DNA of 63,358 bases, counting the filler, from Basidiobolus ranarum (lineage: Eukaryota): NCBI GenBank assembly GCA_040143965.1. It is 12 parts of 12 records of this genome, joined end to end, with 100 filler letters (N's around TTAATTAATTAA, not from the genome) between each part and the next. Parts side by side here need not be neighbours in the genome. Positions count along the whole stretch, not along the records: positions 21,185 to 26,375 come from JASJQH010008550.1; positions 26,476 to 31,665 come from JASJQH010008551.1; positions 31,766 to 36,950 come from JASJQH010008552.1; 9 more parts are not named here. One strand, written 5' to 3'. The position numbers and the translations under genes were made by a program. Shown here piece after piece: positions 23,022-36,730 of the stretch. The notes under the pieces are model-generated. The model had not been told where the DNA came from. It did not search any database and saw nothing but the letters and a program-made list of their open reading frames with translations. Position 1 is the stretch's first letter; each line of letters opens with the position of its first letter.

Positions 23022-23777
23022 TTAGGATAGGAATGTTTCTGGTAAGAAATCCATCAGTGCTCGATAAAGTGCTTGCAAATCACCGTTGCATGAAGATAAT
23101 ACTCCTAAATCTCTGTTATGGTGCGTAAGATCAATGGTTGGCACAGAAGAGTAATTATGTTCAATTCCCGTCTCACATAGCAGTTCAGCTGGCCCATCCT
23201 CATATGCAGAAGTTGAAACACATCCAAGCCAAGTACTTCGAAGGATATTCCTGCAGTTAGGTAGAGGAATAACTATTCAGCTCCGGTAAATTCCACAAGC
23301 ATTATCTAAATGGCCTACTGTTTCATTCTCTACATCAGGGATCGGATCAAGGTATAAGTGTAATCCGGGTTTGGCAAGTATATTTCTGTGAGAAGATGCG
23401 AGAGGGAGCACTCTATATAGATAGGGGCCGAGTGTTTTCTCAACTATCTCATCAAGAAATCCCCAGATGCCTGGTGAGAAAAGCATCAACTAAGCAAAGT
23501 CACTTCTGAAAATGATCTCCTGTTTATTATATGCATCTAACTTATTACATATAGTGCTGTTGATTAACAAATGTTCTAGCCATCTTCTCGTTTTCACCAA
23601 TCTTATCCCTGGCCTCTGGATCAGGAAGAAATCTATCAATTCAATGTAAGCACAACAGGTTGTGCTAATGTGGGGTGAAGGGGATCCGAATCCAATGCAA
23701 CAGGCACCTCGGCCAGAAATCCATATCCATCGGGCTATTAATAGTGATTTGCAGAAATAACGGCTACTTGGTCGCAC
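23022..23777 (-). pseudogene. Possible decayed gene of unknown family
   Basis: ORFs 23490-23777 and 23277-23489 and the stretch down to 23022 share one frame of about 250 codons broken by only two stops. Confidence 0.35.
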
Positions 23778-24730
23778 CTGTCTTTGCTTCGGTTTATATG
23801 GATCGTAATTTCACAGGCACATTAGTCATATTGACCCAACTAGTCATCCTGAAGGATCAGATACTTTGTTCCAATTTCACTTTAGATCGATCAACCTCCG
23901 AATCATTATGAGTCCTTGACTGAGCCACTGAGCAAATCGAAGTCAGGATGCCACTTCCTTATTGTGCTTAATACCAGACGCATCATTGTATGAACGCATT
24001 TCATATCGTGACCATAGCTGACTTGTTCCTAACAATATGGATATGGAGCTAGAAACGTAAGAATTAATCATCAAAATTATATCCCTGATCACGTGATATT
24101 AAATGAAACAACTAGCAACTCCGAAACGCTAACAAAACCATCAATAGCAACATCATGAAATACTGGCCTTCACGACGAAAATAGCTGAGGTACCGAGAGA
24201 AAGCCGGTACTTAGGTGTCACACTTTACTCGCCTGTCAAGTTTCTTGCTTGTGCTGATGCATCGTGAAAAGCCGGGCAATAATTCTCAAAACCCAAAGAG
24301 CCCTAGATTCTCTCAATTACGCTGTGGTACTCAACATTCGTATTATTAATTAGTCAGTATGTTTCAGCATTGCTGGATGAGTTTATTGTGTTTCTCATAT
24401 AGGTTAGAAATCTCCCAGAACTAGGAGTAAAAGGAGTTGACAACAGGCTGAGTAATTGATGGGGTTGGGATGACTCGAATCCCGGAATCAACGGCCTCTT
24501 CCTGCCTTGTAATAGAAATGTGGCATTTTGAAATTAAAAGTCACAAGTTAGCTTAATGTTTCTTTTTTTCAACACGTCAAGTCACATGTGACCCTGAACT
24601 AAATTGATTGCCCGTGGTGGTAATTCGATTTCATATTTAATGCCATCGAATCGTTCACATCTGCTGCACTATTTCTTAGCAGTACCTCCCTCTTGGATCT
24701 TTTTAATTAATTCGTTACTCCACTAGATTC

Positions 24731-26375
24731 ATGTCTATTCATTTCCGCAACTCTTCCGTTTGCCGTAACTTTACTTCAAGAGTCTCCCCAACTCTTTCCC
24801 GTCCATCGAATTTGGGGAGAAGCTCATCAGCTTTCCCCCGACTTGCTTCTTCCGCAAGTAAGCCTTTGCCCCCGCGATGCTTGTCCAATTATGGCATGCA
24901 ATATCGTAACTCTTCTACCACTGCCCAACTAGGTGAGCAAGCACACTCACGTATGTGGTCAGCCGCTTTATACGGCTCAGCTTTCGTTGCTGGTATTGGT
25001 ACATTGTCATTCATCTACTTGGCTCCCAACCCATCACACACCGACGCCGCTCTTCACGACATATCACTTGTGTGCTCCTCTCCATCCAGTGTCTTGAGTG
25101 CTGATCCCAGAATTGGTGTCAAAAATAAAACCACTTATGATCTCCTTGTATCACTGCTTGTCTACAAGATGTGCATGATATCTACACTGGTTGAATGGTC
25201 ACCTCATCTAATCGAGCTATGTGAAAAACTTCATCTCACTGGGCCTACATACTGGTTCATCAAAAAAACGTTCTTCAGTCATTTCTGTGGTGGCGAGACG
25301 CAAGATGAAATTGAATCCACCATTGAAGGTCTCAAATCTGCCGGTATTGGGTCTATACTAGACGTGTCTATTGAAGTGGACCTTGATAAGCTTCCTGAAG
25401 CGGATACGCCTGAGGCTATTCGTGTTCTTTGGAACGATCGAGCGGATCAGGTTATGTCTCTGCTGAAAGGTTCTGTACAGGCAGCTAGTGTTGAACCCAA
25501 TAGCTTCGCGGCTATCAAACTGACCCCTCTTATCTCGCCTCTTACACTTCAAAAAGTTTCCTATAACCTTTACAACTTAAGAGCTAGCTTTGTTCATGCT
25601 GACGTTGACAAAGATGGGAAACTCACCAAAGAGGAGTTTACTTCTGTCATTAAGCAGCTTCCTGGTGCTCATCATTCCAATATCGATTCGGTAGTGAATA
25701 CACTTTTTGAAAGAGCTGATACCAGCCATGATGGGTTAGTTGATTGGATTGAATTTTCCGCCTCTCTCGCCCTTAAAGACACTCTATCCCGAAACCTTTT
25801 CATGGGAACAGGTGATACAGATGATAATAATTCCAAAGATTCTGCAGCCTTCGTTCCCCTGAGCATGACTGATTTAGAAGATTTTGATTTATTTATGGGG
25901 CGTATCACATCCATTTGTGAATATGCGAAGCAAAGTAAAGTACGTCTCATGATCGATGCTGAGCAATCATACTTCCAAGATGCCATTGATTACGCCGCCA
26001 TGGAAGTCAGTCGGCGTTATAATCAACTTGGCGAAGAGACGGGTCCTCTAGTATTCAATACATACCAAATGTATCTTAAAGATAGTACTCGTAAACTGAT
26101 GAGTGACTATGAACGCTCCCAACGTCAAAATTTTACATTTGGTGCTAAACTTGTCAGAGGTGCCTACATGGTTACAGAGCGCAAGCGATGTGCCAAGCTT
26201 GGTATTTCAGATATCATTAATGACACCATTGAGGATACTCATCAATGCTATGACTCTGGGGTTGAGTTCTTACTGGATCAGATCAAGCCCACTGACACCC
26301 TATCAACTACCCATGCCGCTTTCATGGTCGCATCCCATAATAAGGACTCTGTGGATAAGACCTGCACTGGGTTAG
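24731..26375 (+). CDS. PUT1: Mitochondrial proline dehydrogenase with an EF-hand pair insert; 3' truncated
   Basis: Arg/Ser-rich transit peptide; HFCGGE, AIKLT, MIDAEQSYFQ, NTYQMYLKD, GAKLVRGAYM, VASHN. Confidence 0.95.
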
Positions 26376-26475
26376 NNNNNNNNNNNNNNNNNNNNNNNNN
26401 NNNNNNNNNNNNNNNNNNNTTAATTAATTAANNNNNNNNNNNNNNNNNNNNNNNNNNNNNNNNNNNNNNNNNNNN

Positions 26476-29400
26476 GGTATGCAACTTCATTACCAAAGAC
26501 CATGCCAAATTGACAATTGTGGCTATGGTTAGGTTATGCTTGGTTGTTATTGGAGTAAAGTCTACATCAAAGTTTTCACTAATGATGGAAGTTATCTTGT
26601 CCTCCGTGGAGGTTGATTGCTTTGCTAAGTATGTCACTTCAACATCTGCGAGTGCATTCTTCCAGTACGCAAGTGATTCTTCCTTCTTGACATCGCTGAT
26701 GTATTTGATAAAGTTGTTGTAAGAAGGTCTGGCGGGGAGTTCCTGAAGTTGATATGACTTAACCAAATCCGCAATCAAAAGGCTCATCGACCAACCATCA
26801 TACAAGGCATGATGAATGGTCCACACAAAGTATGCCATTGAGTTCTTGACACGGATAATCGTGAATCGAGTTAATAGTTGGCCAACATTGATTCCCTTCT
26901 TGATATCAGTATCTAGGATTTCTGCCAAATGGCTCTCTGATAAATCATCATTTTCAACGTCAACAATGTTCCAATCAATATTATCACTTCCAAGAACGAC
27001 TTGGAGACCACTCAAGTGAGAATAGCCGCTGTTTGAGAAGACGATCGTGGAGCGAAGGATGGGGTTAGCTTGAATCACCGATTTCCATGCACGTAGGAAA
27101 TTATCAGGGTCTATGATAGATTCGCAACGGTAAACTTGCTGAGTCAAATAACTCGAGTTATCTTGTAGACCTAAAGCGATGAGACCCTCCTGAAGCGGGG
27201 AGCATGGATAGACATCTTCTACATTGGCGAGAGAGATTCCATTCTGCTCAACATCGACATCCAATAAGTGGTCAAGTTCATCAGCCTCAAGCTTGAGGAG
27301 CTCATACTTTGGAATTATTCTGGTCTCTAAATCCTCACTGTTGATGATGACGGTGTTGTTGGCAAGTTCAGCGATAGTCAACTGCTCATAAAGCTGTTGA
27401 ACACTCAGCTCATAACCAAACTGACGGGCAGCACCCACCAGTCTAACAGCAATGATTGAGTCACCTCCAAGACTGAAGAACGAGTCATGGATGCCGATGC
27501 GTTTCTCGGATATGTTGAGAACCTTAGCCCATAGCTGAAGCCAATCTTCCTCTACTTGGGTACTGGCACCAACATAATCACTGTTATCAGAAGCACTGAA
27601 TGATAATAGTTCTTCCTTATTGGTCGATTCATATATGGTTGCCACCAACTTGCGATCAATTTTTCCACTCGAGTTGGTTGGCATCTTAGTGAGTGGTACC
27701 CATACTGTAGGCACCATATATGGTGGCAATCTCTTCTTTACAAGATTTCTGACCTCACCGGTGTATGTCACTGCCTGTGGAGTATCAGCAGCGTTAAGTA
27801 CTGCAAGCGGACAGTCATTGTCAATAAGATCATTGAATGTCATGAACGCCACTAGAGCCTTATGATTGGTTGATGAGTCAGTCACAAGAGGCAATACACA
27901 AGCTCTTCCAATTTCGAGGTGCTCGTATAAAGCATGCTCAATTTCATCCAGCTCAATGCGTAATCCGTGTAGTTTAATCTGGTTATCTTTTCTTCCGATT
28001 AATTCCACTGAGCCATCAATGTTAAAGCGCGCCAAATCACCAGTACGATATAAACGCTCTCCGGAAATGAAAGGGTTTGAAATGAAGGCGGCTTCAGTAA
28101 GGTCGGGGCGATTGAGATAACCACGAGCAAGTTGTGGGCCAGAAACACAAAGTTCTCCAACAACTCCCAGAGGCACAGGGTTCAAATCTAAGCCCAGAAT
28201 ATAAATTACGTTACTTCCCATGGTCCTGCCAATATTACTGCATAGAGATTTTTCGTCTATTTTATGGTTTACCAAGAATGCTACAGCTGCCTCAGTAGGC
28301 CCGTAAACATTATTCAACTCAATGAATGATGACCAGCTGTTACGAACTGCAGTAGTCATCATTTCACCTCCCACCATCATTCTTTTCAAAGTTGCAGCAT
28401 TGGAGGGATCGATGCAACTGGCTATTGTTGTCGTTAACATCGCAGAGGTAATATTCATTGTTGTAATGACATCACCTAGATCTGTGAGTAAGCGTTCTTT
28501 CGGCGCCATAGCAACGCGAGCTCCGAATGCTAGGGTAACAAATATCTCTACAACTGATACATCGAATGTATAGGTTGCAAATTGCAATACAGAGTCGCTT
28601 CCATCCAAATGCCACACTTCTTCATGAGCCCAGATAGAGTTGCATACAGCAGAGTGCTCCAACATCACACCCTTCGGTGTGCCTGTGGATCCAGACGTGA
28701 ACAGAATGTAACATAAGTTAGATGGGCTAAGTCCAACAACTTCTGGATTTTCTGTCGAGTATTGACTATAGAGTTCATCTTCCTTCTCAACAGGAATGAC
28801 CGTTTGATCTTGGAAAAAGTGTTGGTAGCAATCAGACGATATCACAATAGTCGATTTAGTTTCGTGAATGATGAACAGATTACGCTCGACTGGATTCTTG
28901 GGGTCCAAAGGAACGTAAGCACCACCTGCCTTGAGAACAGCCAGCATGGCCACTATCATAGCGATAGACTTGTCCATACAGAGTGGTACAACAACGTCAG
29001 GTCCAACACCATGCTTAATGAGATGATGAGCCAAGCGATTTGCTTTCTTGTTGAGCTCACCATAAGAAACAAACTCTGATGTTTCAAACTGAACTGCGAT
29101 ATTCTCAGGATTGCGCCTGACTTGTTCTTCAAACAAAGTGTGTATACAAAGATCTGTTGTACGCTCATGGTTTGCCAAGTATGGAAGATTTCGCGAGAAT
29201 GAATCATATTGGCTCGATTCAACGAACAAGTGTTCGAGTTTGGTATTGGCTGGTGCTTTCACAATCCTTTCGAAAATCGCCTTAAATTCGTTTGTCAAAG
29301 ACTGAGCATGCAACTCCGAAGCCATCGCTGTGTTTATATGCAAATTGTATGTCATTGTGGTATTATCGGATTCCACACTTAATCCAACCGGATACTAGTT

Positions 29401-31665
29401 TAACACATTAATAGTTAGTATATCGAAATAATTTGAATTGAGTTGCATCTAAACTGTGCTCGTAAATATTTACCTCAGTTGCCTCATCACCAGTAGTTTC
29501 AACGAATTGAAGCTTATTGCCATTCTCTCCTAGTAGTGTATCATCCTTGGGAAGAACAGAAACGGACTTGTAATCTATAATTGTATCGAATAATGGCGAT
29601 ACTCCTGCCCAACCTTGAATATCACGGAGACTACTTTGCTGATAAGAGAAAGCGGATATGTAACCTTCGTGGATTGACTCTAGCCACTTGATGATTGACA
29701 TATCATGAATGCAGCGAATACGAGAAGGTAATGTATTCAGGCAAGGACCAATCATGGTGGCGATACCCTCGAGCTCACTATTTCTACCACTCATAGTATA
29801 GCCAAAGATAACATCCTCACTCTGGGTGTATGCTCGAAGTAGCAGAGCCCACGCAGCCTTTACCAATGTGAAGATCGTTACCTTCGATTGCTGAGCAAAG
29901 TGTGTGATTTCTTGCATTGGTATGTCAATGGTGCCAGAATTATGCAGGATCGTGGATTCGACTTCCTTTGAAGTGGAAAGTTTGGGGAAAGGCAAGCTCT
30001 CCAGTAGAGAAATTTGACTTTGCCAATATTTCTTTTCCTCTTCAATGTTGGTATCTGATCTATTTCGTAAACTAGCGACAAAACTCTTGAAAGAGTGAGT
30101 CTTTGGACGTTCGGTTTGACTGTATACAGCGGATACGTCTTGCAAAACTAGATTCCATGAAGTGGCGTCCAATATCGCATGGTGCCAGCTGGTAACCATC
30201 AATCGTTTGTTACCTGATTCTAGTAGAGCAAATCGCATGGTGGGCTGTCCTAATTTGAAGTCATTCTTTTTATCGTTGATTAAGTAGGCATCGAGTTCAG
30301 CAGCTAAACTCTCTTCCCCACAAACTACGTGGGTCCACTGGGGAACACAGTTTTTGATGGCTACTTGTACGAAAGTAGAACCACGGTTATCTGTCGCTTC
30401 ATTTTGAACGAAAATGCTATGCAAATTAGCATGATCCTGAATCACAACATTCCAAGCATTTTTAAGCTTTTCAAAGTCGAAATCACCAACTAACTCAAAC
30501 GTTTGTTGGACGTGGTAATAGTTAGACGCCCTCAGTAGCCCAACAATAAGACCTTCTTGTAAATGAGTACAGGGTAAGATGTCCTCAATACGATCCGGAG
30601 TTATTCCAACTTCAGAAAGGGTTTTGTGGTAGAGCAGGTTGAATTCGCGTTCTGGTAACTTCAGTAATGGGAAATCGCTGCGCGTGTGTTCAACAGTCTG
30701 CAACTCAAGAGTTTGGTCAATCATGGTAACCAATGTCTTTTTCCAACTTTCTAACCATTTGGATACAACTTCCTCTGAGTGTAAAGCAGTACTAAAGACT
30801 ATTTCAGCTTCGAAACAGTTATGCTTCACGCCAGTGTTGATATCAAATACATGATTTCGCTTCCATTCTTCAGCAACTTCGCAGATATCAAAGTTAAATG
30901 GTGCTTCGAGGGTTTGGAAGAAGGAATTCTGATTTTCAAGTTGCTGGAAACGACCGAGATAGTTGAAACTAACTTGAATCTTATCATCTTTGAGGACATT
31001 TCCTGATTTCTTGCTAAGATGACGAAGAATTCCATAATCGATGCCGTTGTTTGGTGTCAGCTTTCTGAGATCTTTGACCTGCTTTAATACATCTAAGTCA
31101 CCTGGAGATTGCGATACTTCAATAGTTACGGGGAATAGGGAAGTAAACCATCCTACAGTTCTCGAAATATCGATATCCCCATTCCAAGGTTCTCTACCAT
31201 GCCCTTCAATACCGATGGTTATGTTATCCAAGTTGAAGGAGGAGCTGTATGCAAGAGCAAGAGAAGAAAGCATAAAATCGGTCGCTTCAGTCAAGAATGG
31301 TGAATTACACTTGCCAAACAATAGATCAGTCTGCTCTGAGCTAAGGGAGAAGGTGAGTGATTTTGCGGTTGCCATTGTATTCTGCTCTAGAAGAGAAAGA
31401 TCTTTTATAATTGGCTCCGCCGACTTCTGAGCTGGCCAGGATTTGAAATCGAGAGTTTGGGCATATTCAGTCATTAAGTTACTCCATCTTATAAATGACA
31501 TTGATTTGTAGCCACATTTTTTGCCTTGGAGTAACTGCTCAAGATCCTCCCAAATAATTCTCCATGATACCAGATCAATGGCATAGTGATGAACAGTCAT
31601 GAAAATCAACTGTTGCCCATTCCAGAGATCATAAAGTGAAAATTGGAAGAGTGGGCCTGTTTCAA
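26476..31665 (-). CDS. Internal fragment of a multimodular NRPS: E(partial)-C-A-T-C(partial); one intron at 29395-29473
   Basis: E domain HHYAIDLVSW, EGHGRE, RTVGWFTSLFP, FNYLGRF; C domains HHAILD and HHALYD; A domain FTSGSTGTPKG, YGPTE, YRTGD; T domain GGDSI. A phase-0 GTAAAT...CTAAC...CTAG intron joins the two ORFs (ATE|YPVGL). Open at both contig ends. Confidence 0.96.
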
Positions 31666-31765
31666 NNNNNNNNNNNNNNNNNNNNNNNNNNNNNNNNNNN
31701 NNNNNNNNNTTAATTAATTAANNNNNNNNNNNNNNNNNNNNNNNNNNNNNNNNNNNNNNNNNNNN

Positions 31766-31874
31766 TACTATATAAGTCACCATATACTCTTAAGAATAAA
31801 CTAACTAAAACACACTATCATAAGTTGCTTCTAATACTCAAAGTCTACCCCCATTATGTCAAGATCCTCCAACA
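31766..31874 (+). mobile_element. 3' part of a putative LTR, family B (ends TCCAACA)
   Basis: First 62 bp match 58017-58078 with 2 mismatches; ends in CAACA, complementary to the TGTTG start at 57809. Confidence 0.6.
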
Positions 31875-32097
31875 GTTACAAAATTCAATCTGTAAAAAAC
31901 AGAGTTCTACAAGTTGTGAGCAATTGCAACAACATGTCAAGGTATATTGACATGCAGCTCCATTATGTTGCACTTATAAATATTCCTAGTTATGTCAGAA
32001 CATCATATATGACACATGTAACAATAGAGTGAGCCAAAAAATAGAAATTTGGAAAAAAATATTTCAAGAAGAGAAAAACTGATTTAGCATTAATACC

Positions 32098-32482
32098 TGG
32101 TGAACTAAGCATAACATAAGCATCTATATAGTTATATATAGCTTAGTATTTAGTTATTCCACATTTAACTAAAATATCATCCATTATTCTGAATAGGAAT
32201 TTACTTGGAATATTGACACCAACTTAGAAATTCTCAGACATATAGATTTTTCAAACTTGTACTAGAAACCCCAAACATTGCACACATATCCCTGGGACTT
32301 TTCTTAACACATTCTACATGTTATTTGTTTACACCTTCCTTAACATATTCTATATGTTAGTTTGTTTACATCTTGACAAAACTATAAATGTCAACTTTCT
32401 ACTCAATAAATTAATAAGTGGAAACCACCAAGTTCTCTAGTTCTCCAATCCACATCGAACAGGCTCCTAAAATACTTCAACA
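32098..32482 (+). mobile_element. Solo LTR, family A, with a small internal duplication
   Basis: Aligns end to end with the reverse complement of 15327-15660; ends AATACTTCAACA; the cttaacacattctaca..tgtttaca block is duplicated. Confidence 0.88.
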
Positions 32483-34895
32483 AAACGAAATATAAGTGTA
32501 TGTATTAATCACTTTCACAATGGCAACAACTATTATCTAGACTCTGATTAAACTCTGCTTTAGATGCAAAATTGAGTTGTGTGGCAAATGCTTCGAAACT
32601 TTCCATTCAAAGTGCACTTCAAATATACATATTCTGTCTTGGACAGCAGTGTAATTATTGCTAATACTTCAATGGCTTTAATGAGTCAATGGAAGATAGG
32701 CAATGGGGATGTGATAGATAATGTCCATATTTTCAATTACTGTTGGGCTCAACAAGCTCAGAGAATTCTATCTTGTGTGTGCAACAGTGTTGAAATGAAC
32801 ATAGTGAAACATGGAATATCTAAATACTAAGTAATACATATCCACATATATACAACAGTAAATCTCCAACCTGAGAGAGTACAATAGCTAGAAGGATGAA
32901 AACAATGTTCCACCTGCTGATAGATTGGCAAAGATGTAGGAAATCCATATACTTTTAGTCATTATATTTATTTCAATCCTATCTTGAGGCAGTAAATATT
33001 AAGGATTAGCCTAAATAAGATTTACCAAAGTTCGAAATAATCATTATGTCGCTATAAGAATGCTTAAAGCATTGGACTGAATTGTCAGTGCTTAGAACGC
33101 GAATTACGTTTTCTTTGTTTGAGGTTTCATTTGATAAAAAATATTAGTATTTGTTGTTAGTATTTGGGATGAATTGCAAGCGTTTAGTGTAAGGAGAGTG
33201 ATATGTGATCTGCACTTGTAGCTTCATTGTATTCAAAATATGTACTCATACTTATCTGATATATAAAGAAAAATTACAACAGTGATACGCTTCCAGGACA
33301 CTAAAAGTATTGAGAGATTAGCTTGACGAGCTTTAGACTGGTTTGAAGCATTTAACATTTCTGAATTAGTCTGCGATATATCCTAAACATATATAATCAT
33401 TTCAAATTGAGAAATGATCGGTCAATAGTTAAATGAATATGTACGTGCCTATCTCTTCAATTTCATCCGCTTGATTATTGATGTCACTGACAATACAAAC
33501 AACAACCAGATTATGTTTCTTGAATGCTGAGAAAGTTTGAGAAATAACCTGAAGCGCATTTAACCCAGTTGAAAAATTTGTCTTTTCTCAACATTTTCAG
33601 ACATATGATATAAATGATAAAATTTTGACATCCAAAATACTCAGCAGAGAGACATTTAATATTTGAACATGATACATGAATACTCGGGTACTTCTGATAT
33701 TTCAACCGAAAGGAGATTCACATAAGTTACCAAGATTATGAAACGCACAATATTCAATAACAAAACTAGAAAGAAGTGTTGAATGTGAATATGAATATAC
33801 AGACTAATATTTACTGATCAGTTCTACGTAAAGATTCATGTTTGTGTATCAAATATGGGTGATGCAATACATTGAAGGAAATTGTCTTTGTACAGCGACA
33901 ATAGGTGCCATATTTCTTAGTAAGGATCCAATAAATTAGAGAAATAAAGGGCTAGGATTATTGGCGTAACAAGAATGGTAAAAAAAGTTGTGTTCAATCT
34001 GATTTGTCACTACTTCCCAACGAATATATCTGTGAGATACGTGATTTACTGTATTAACGTTCGCAACAAATATGGACTATATCTAAGAAGTTGCTCAGAA
34101 ACATTTTACTGGTTCAACCTAAGATCCAAATCTATTACGCTGCTCCCTAATATACTTGTACCTATGAAGATCATGTTACTCCTGTCTGTGTCTTCATTGA
34201 TCACCGACCAAATTCCTTCATTCTGGCCATCAAGTTGATCATTTAAACGACTTGGTCTGCACGAGCGTTCTATGTGTGTATATGAAATTCGAGTGATAAA
34301 CCTCATTAAGCAATCACTAATGGGCCAGTGGCTGGGAATGCTCGGATTCGACCAGTATGCTTAGCCACTCGGTTAATCCATAGCCGGTGATTTCTAGCGT
34401 ATAGGATTCAAGTATGCTGAATAAGAACTACTAAGTGGAACATATTCTACACGGGATTGAGGAAGTCGATACTGGATTAGGGAAAAAGCCATTACTAATC
34501 AAATCCCTGGAATAAATTCTTCGAATTAGCCACATTTTACTGGGCATAGGTTTGTTTGTACGTTGCTTACATCTGATAAAATACCCTGATTAGTTGGTCT
34601 AAACACATGATTTCGTAAAATTCACTCTTAATCTTTTCGATTGTGGAGACTAATCAATGAGCCCGTCCTATCCCATTACCATGAATAAGATAACCACAAA
34701 ACTTGGATTCCAGGAACTATATATTACCGGCACATCGATTTAGCTAAGCATGTGCAGCGTGGTGTAGCTCTTATAGTTGCATCACATGGGGCAATCGCAG
34801 GCATTATTCTGGCTCAAAAATGACATTGGTCATCCTGGTAAAAACAGAACTATATATAGTGGCTTATTCGAAGAGAGCTCAATAAACTTGCAAAT

Positions 34896-35837
34896 ATGAC
34901 TACTCCTAAACCACAGATACCTAACCAGAATCAGAAGCAAAATCCCACTCCACAGATAGTGCGTGAGCAACCAACTACTAGCACTATGGTAAAATCCTTC
35001 GCCAAGGAAATGCCAGTAGAGCCGGTGAGTGGATTCTATGGCACCGCCATGCAGTCCTTGGGAGAAATAATGGGTAGCCTTGGTTCAATTCCTGGTTGCT
35101 TCTGCTGTCCTAATCCCAACAAAGCGATAACTCAAGGCACTGTGGGCTTGGTGTCGAAATTCGGGCGTGTCTACAAATGTGTGGATCCTGGCCTAGTTAC
35201 CATCAATCCTTTGACAGAGACTCTAGATAAAGTGGACATTAGAATTCAGATTGCCTCCATTGGGGACATACGTATTATGACTAAAGATAACGTTAATATC
35301 AAGATTGATTCTGTGTTGTATTATCACGTGGTTGATCCTTATCAAGCACTATTTGGTGTCAGTGATGTTCATCAAGCTTTGATCGAACGCACTCAAACCA
35401 CTCTTCGTGGTGTACTAGGTACACGCGTACTTCAAGATTGTATCGAGAATCGTGAGACCATTGCTGATGATATCCGAGAGATGATTGACGTTCCAGCTAG
35501 AGAATGGGGCGTTACCATCGAGTCTATCTTGATTAAAGATCTCGAATTCTCTAAGGAGCTACAGGAATCACTTTCTAGTGCTGCAACGCAAAAGAGAATC
35601 GGAGAATCCAAGGTAATTTCAGCTCAAGCGGAGATTGATTCAGCTAAGTTGATGCGTGAGGCAGCAGATATTTTAAATACTCCAGCTGCCATGCAAATTC
35701 GGTACTTGGAGACCTTGAGCAGCATGAGCAAAAACAGTGGTTCCAAGATTATATTCATGCCATTGGAGCATAAGTATCAGTCGACCGATAGTATGATCCA
35801 GACCGCCGTAGCTGAAAATCAACTTGCTCAGCTGTAA
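34896..35837 (+). CDS. Stomatin / band-7 (SPFH) family membrane protein
   Basis: GCFCCPNP, MTKDNVNIKIDSVLYY, QTTLRGVLG, WGVTIESILIKD, AAMQIRYLETL; TATATA upstream. Confidence 0.95.
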   Translation: MTTPKPQIPNQNQKQNPTPQIVREQPTTSTMVKSFAKEMPVEPVSGFYGTAMQSLGEIMGSLGSIPGCFCCPNPNKAITQGTVGLVSKFGRVYKCVDPGLVTINPLTETLDKVDIRIQIASIGDIRIMTKDNVNIKIDSVLYYHVVDPYQALFGVSDVHQALIERTQTTLRGVLGTRVLQDCIENRETIADDIREMIDVPAREWGVTIESILIKDLEFSKELQESLSSAATQKRIGESKVISAQAEIDSAKLMREAADILNTPAAMQIRYLETLSSMSKNSGSKIIFMPLEHKYQSTDSMIQTAVAENQLAQL

Positions 35838-36536
35838 TTCAAATAACTGAAAATTTCATCACAATATGCATTAACTTCAGCCCGCGTCTTCGGGTGTATT
35901 TCAATCGATTTCCTACTCATTTAGTAAATTCCCTCAACTACCATAATCTTGTAGTTACCTTGTAACAAAGCCAAATAAAGTATCAGTTTCATAAGTACAA
36001 CCTGGAAGCATTTGAGATGTGTTGTTCACTATCAACGAGGATTCCAAGTCACCATATTGGATACTCCAGCTGCTTCTCGAGCTGTGATTTACTGGCCACG
36101 ACTATGAAGTCAACGTTCAATTAGTGCTTTAACTCATAATAAGAGTTTTTGCCATATAAATAGGCGTATATCAAAAGCTAGAGTAGTATAACCGGATGAT
36201 CGCAAGGTTCTACCTTGTGACGCTCGGCACTGAGCTTGTGGTGTGTAGAGTTGTCTGGCATCACTCGGGTAGAAAACCAGGAGGGGTATTTATCCTCTTA
36301 CCGGCACAGTGTACCAGCGAGTGCATTTAGTATTGCTGAGACTCAGTAAGCCTAAGTGGACCACTGACAGCTGGTTGTTAATTTTCAAGAATATATGAGA
36401 CTTGGATAAATTCCAATGCCATACGCGTTTATGAGTACCATGCCAGTAAGAAAATCAATTACTCGATTTATTAATCTTTATTTAAATCAGTAACAGATTT
36501 AAACAACGAAGCCATTAGTAGCTAACTAATCACTTC

Positions 36537-36730
36537 CTACCACTTATGACATGCTGTTCTTTTGGTAAGAGTACAGAATCTTGGCGATTTGATTGGTCAA
36601 ATGAGTTAGGGTTATCATGATTCCGGTAACAGTGCACTTTTCCTACTGCTTATACTACCTATTAGCCCATGCTACCACTTATGCCATGCTGCTCTTTTGG
36701 TAAGAGTGCAAAATCATAGCGATTCGATTA
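36537..36730 (+). repeat. Local ~60-bp direct duplication
   Basis: ctaccacttatg.catgctg.tcttttggtaagagt.ca.aatc.t.gcgatt.gatt occurs at 36537 and 36672. Confidence 0.8.

Noticed and set aside
29408-31609. Two separate NRPS genes, or a frameshifted NRPS
   Set aside because: A canonical 79-nt intron (29395-29473) joins the ORFs in frame.
24731-31665. Apparent biosynthetic cluster of proline dehydrogenase next to an NRPS
   Set aside because: The two genes are on different contigs separated by a linker; adjacency comes from length sorting.
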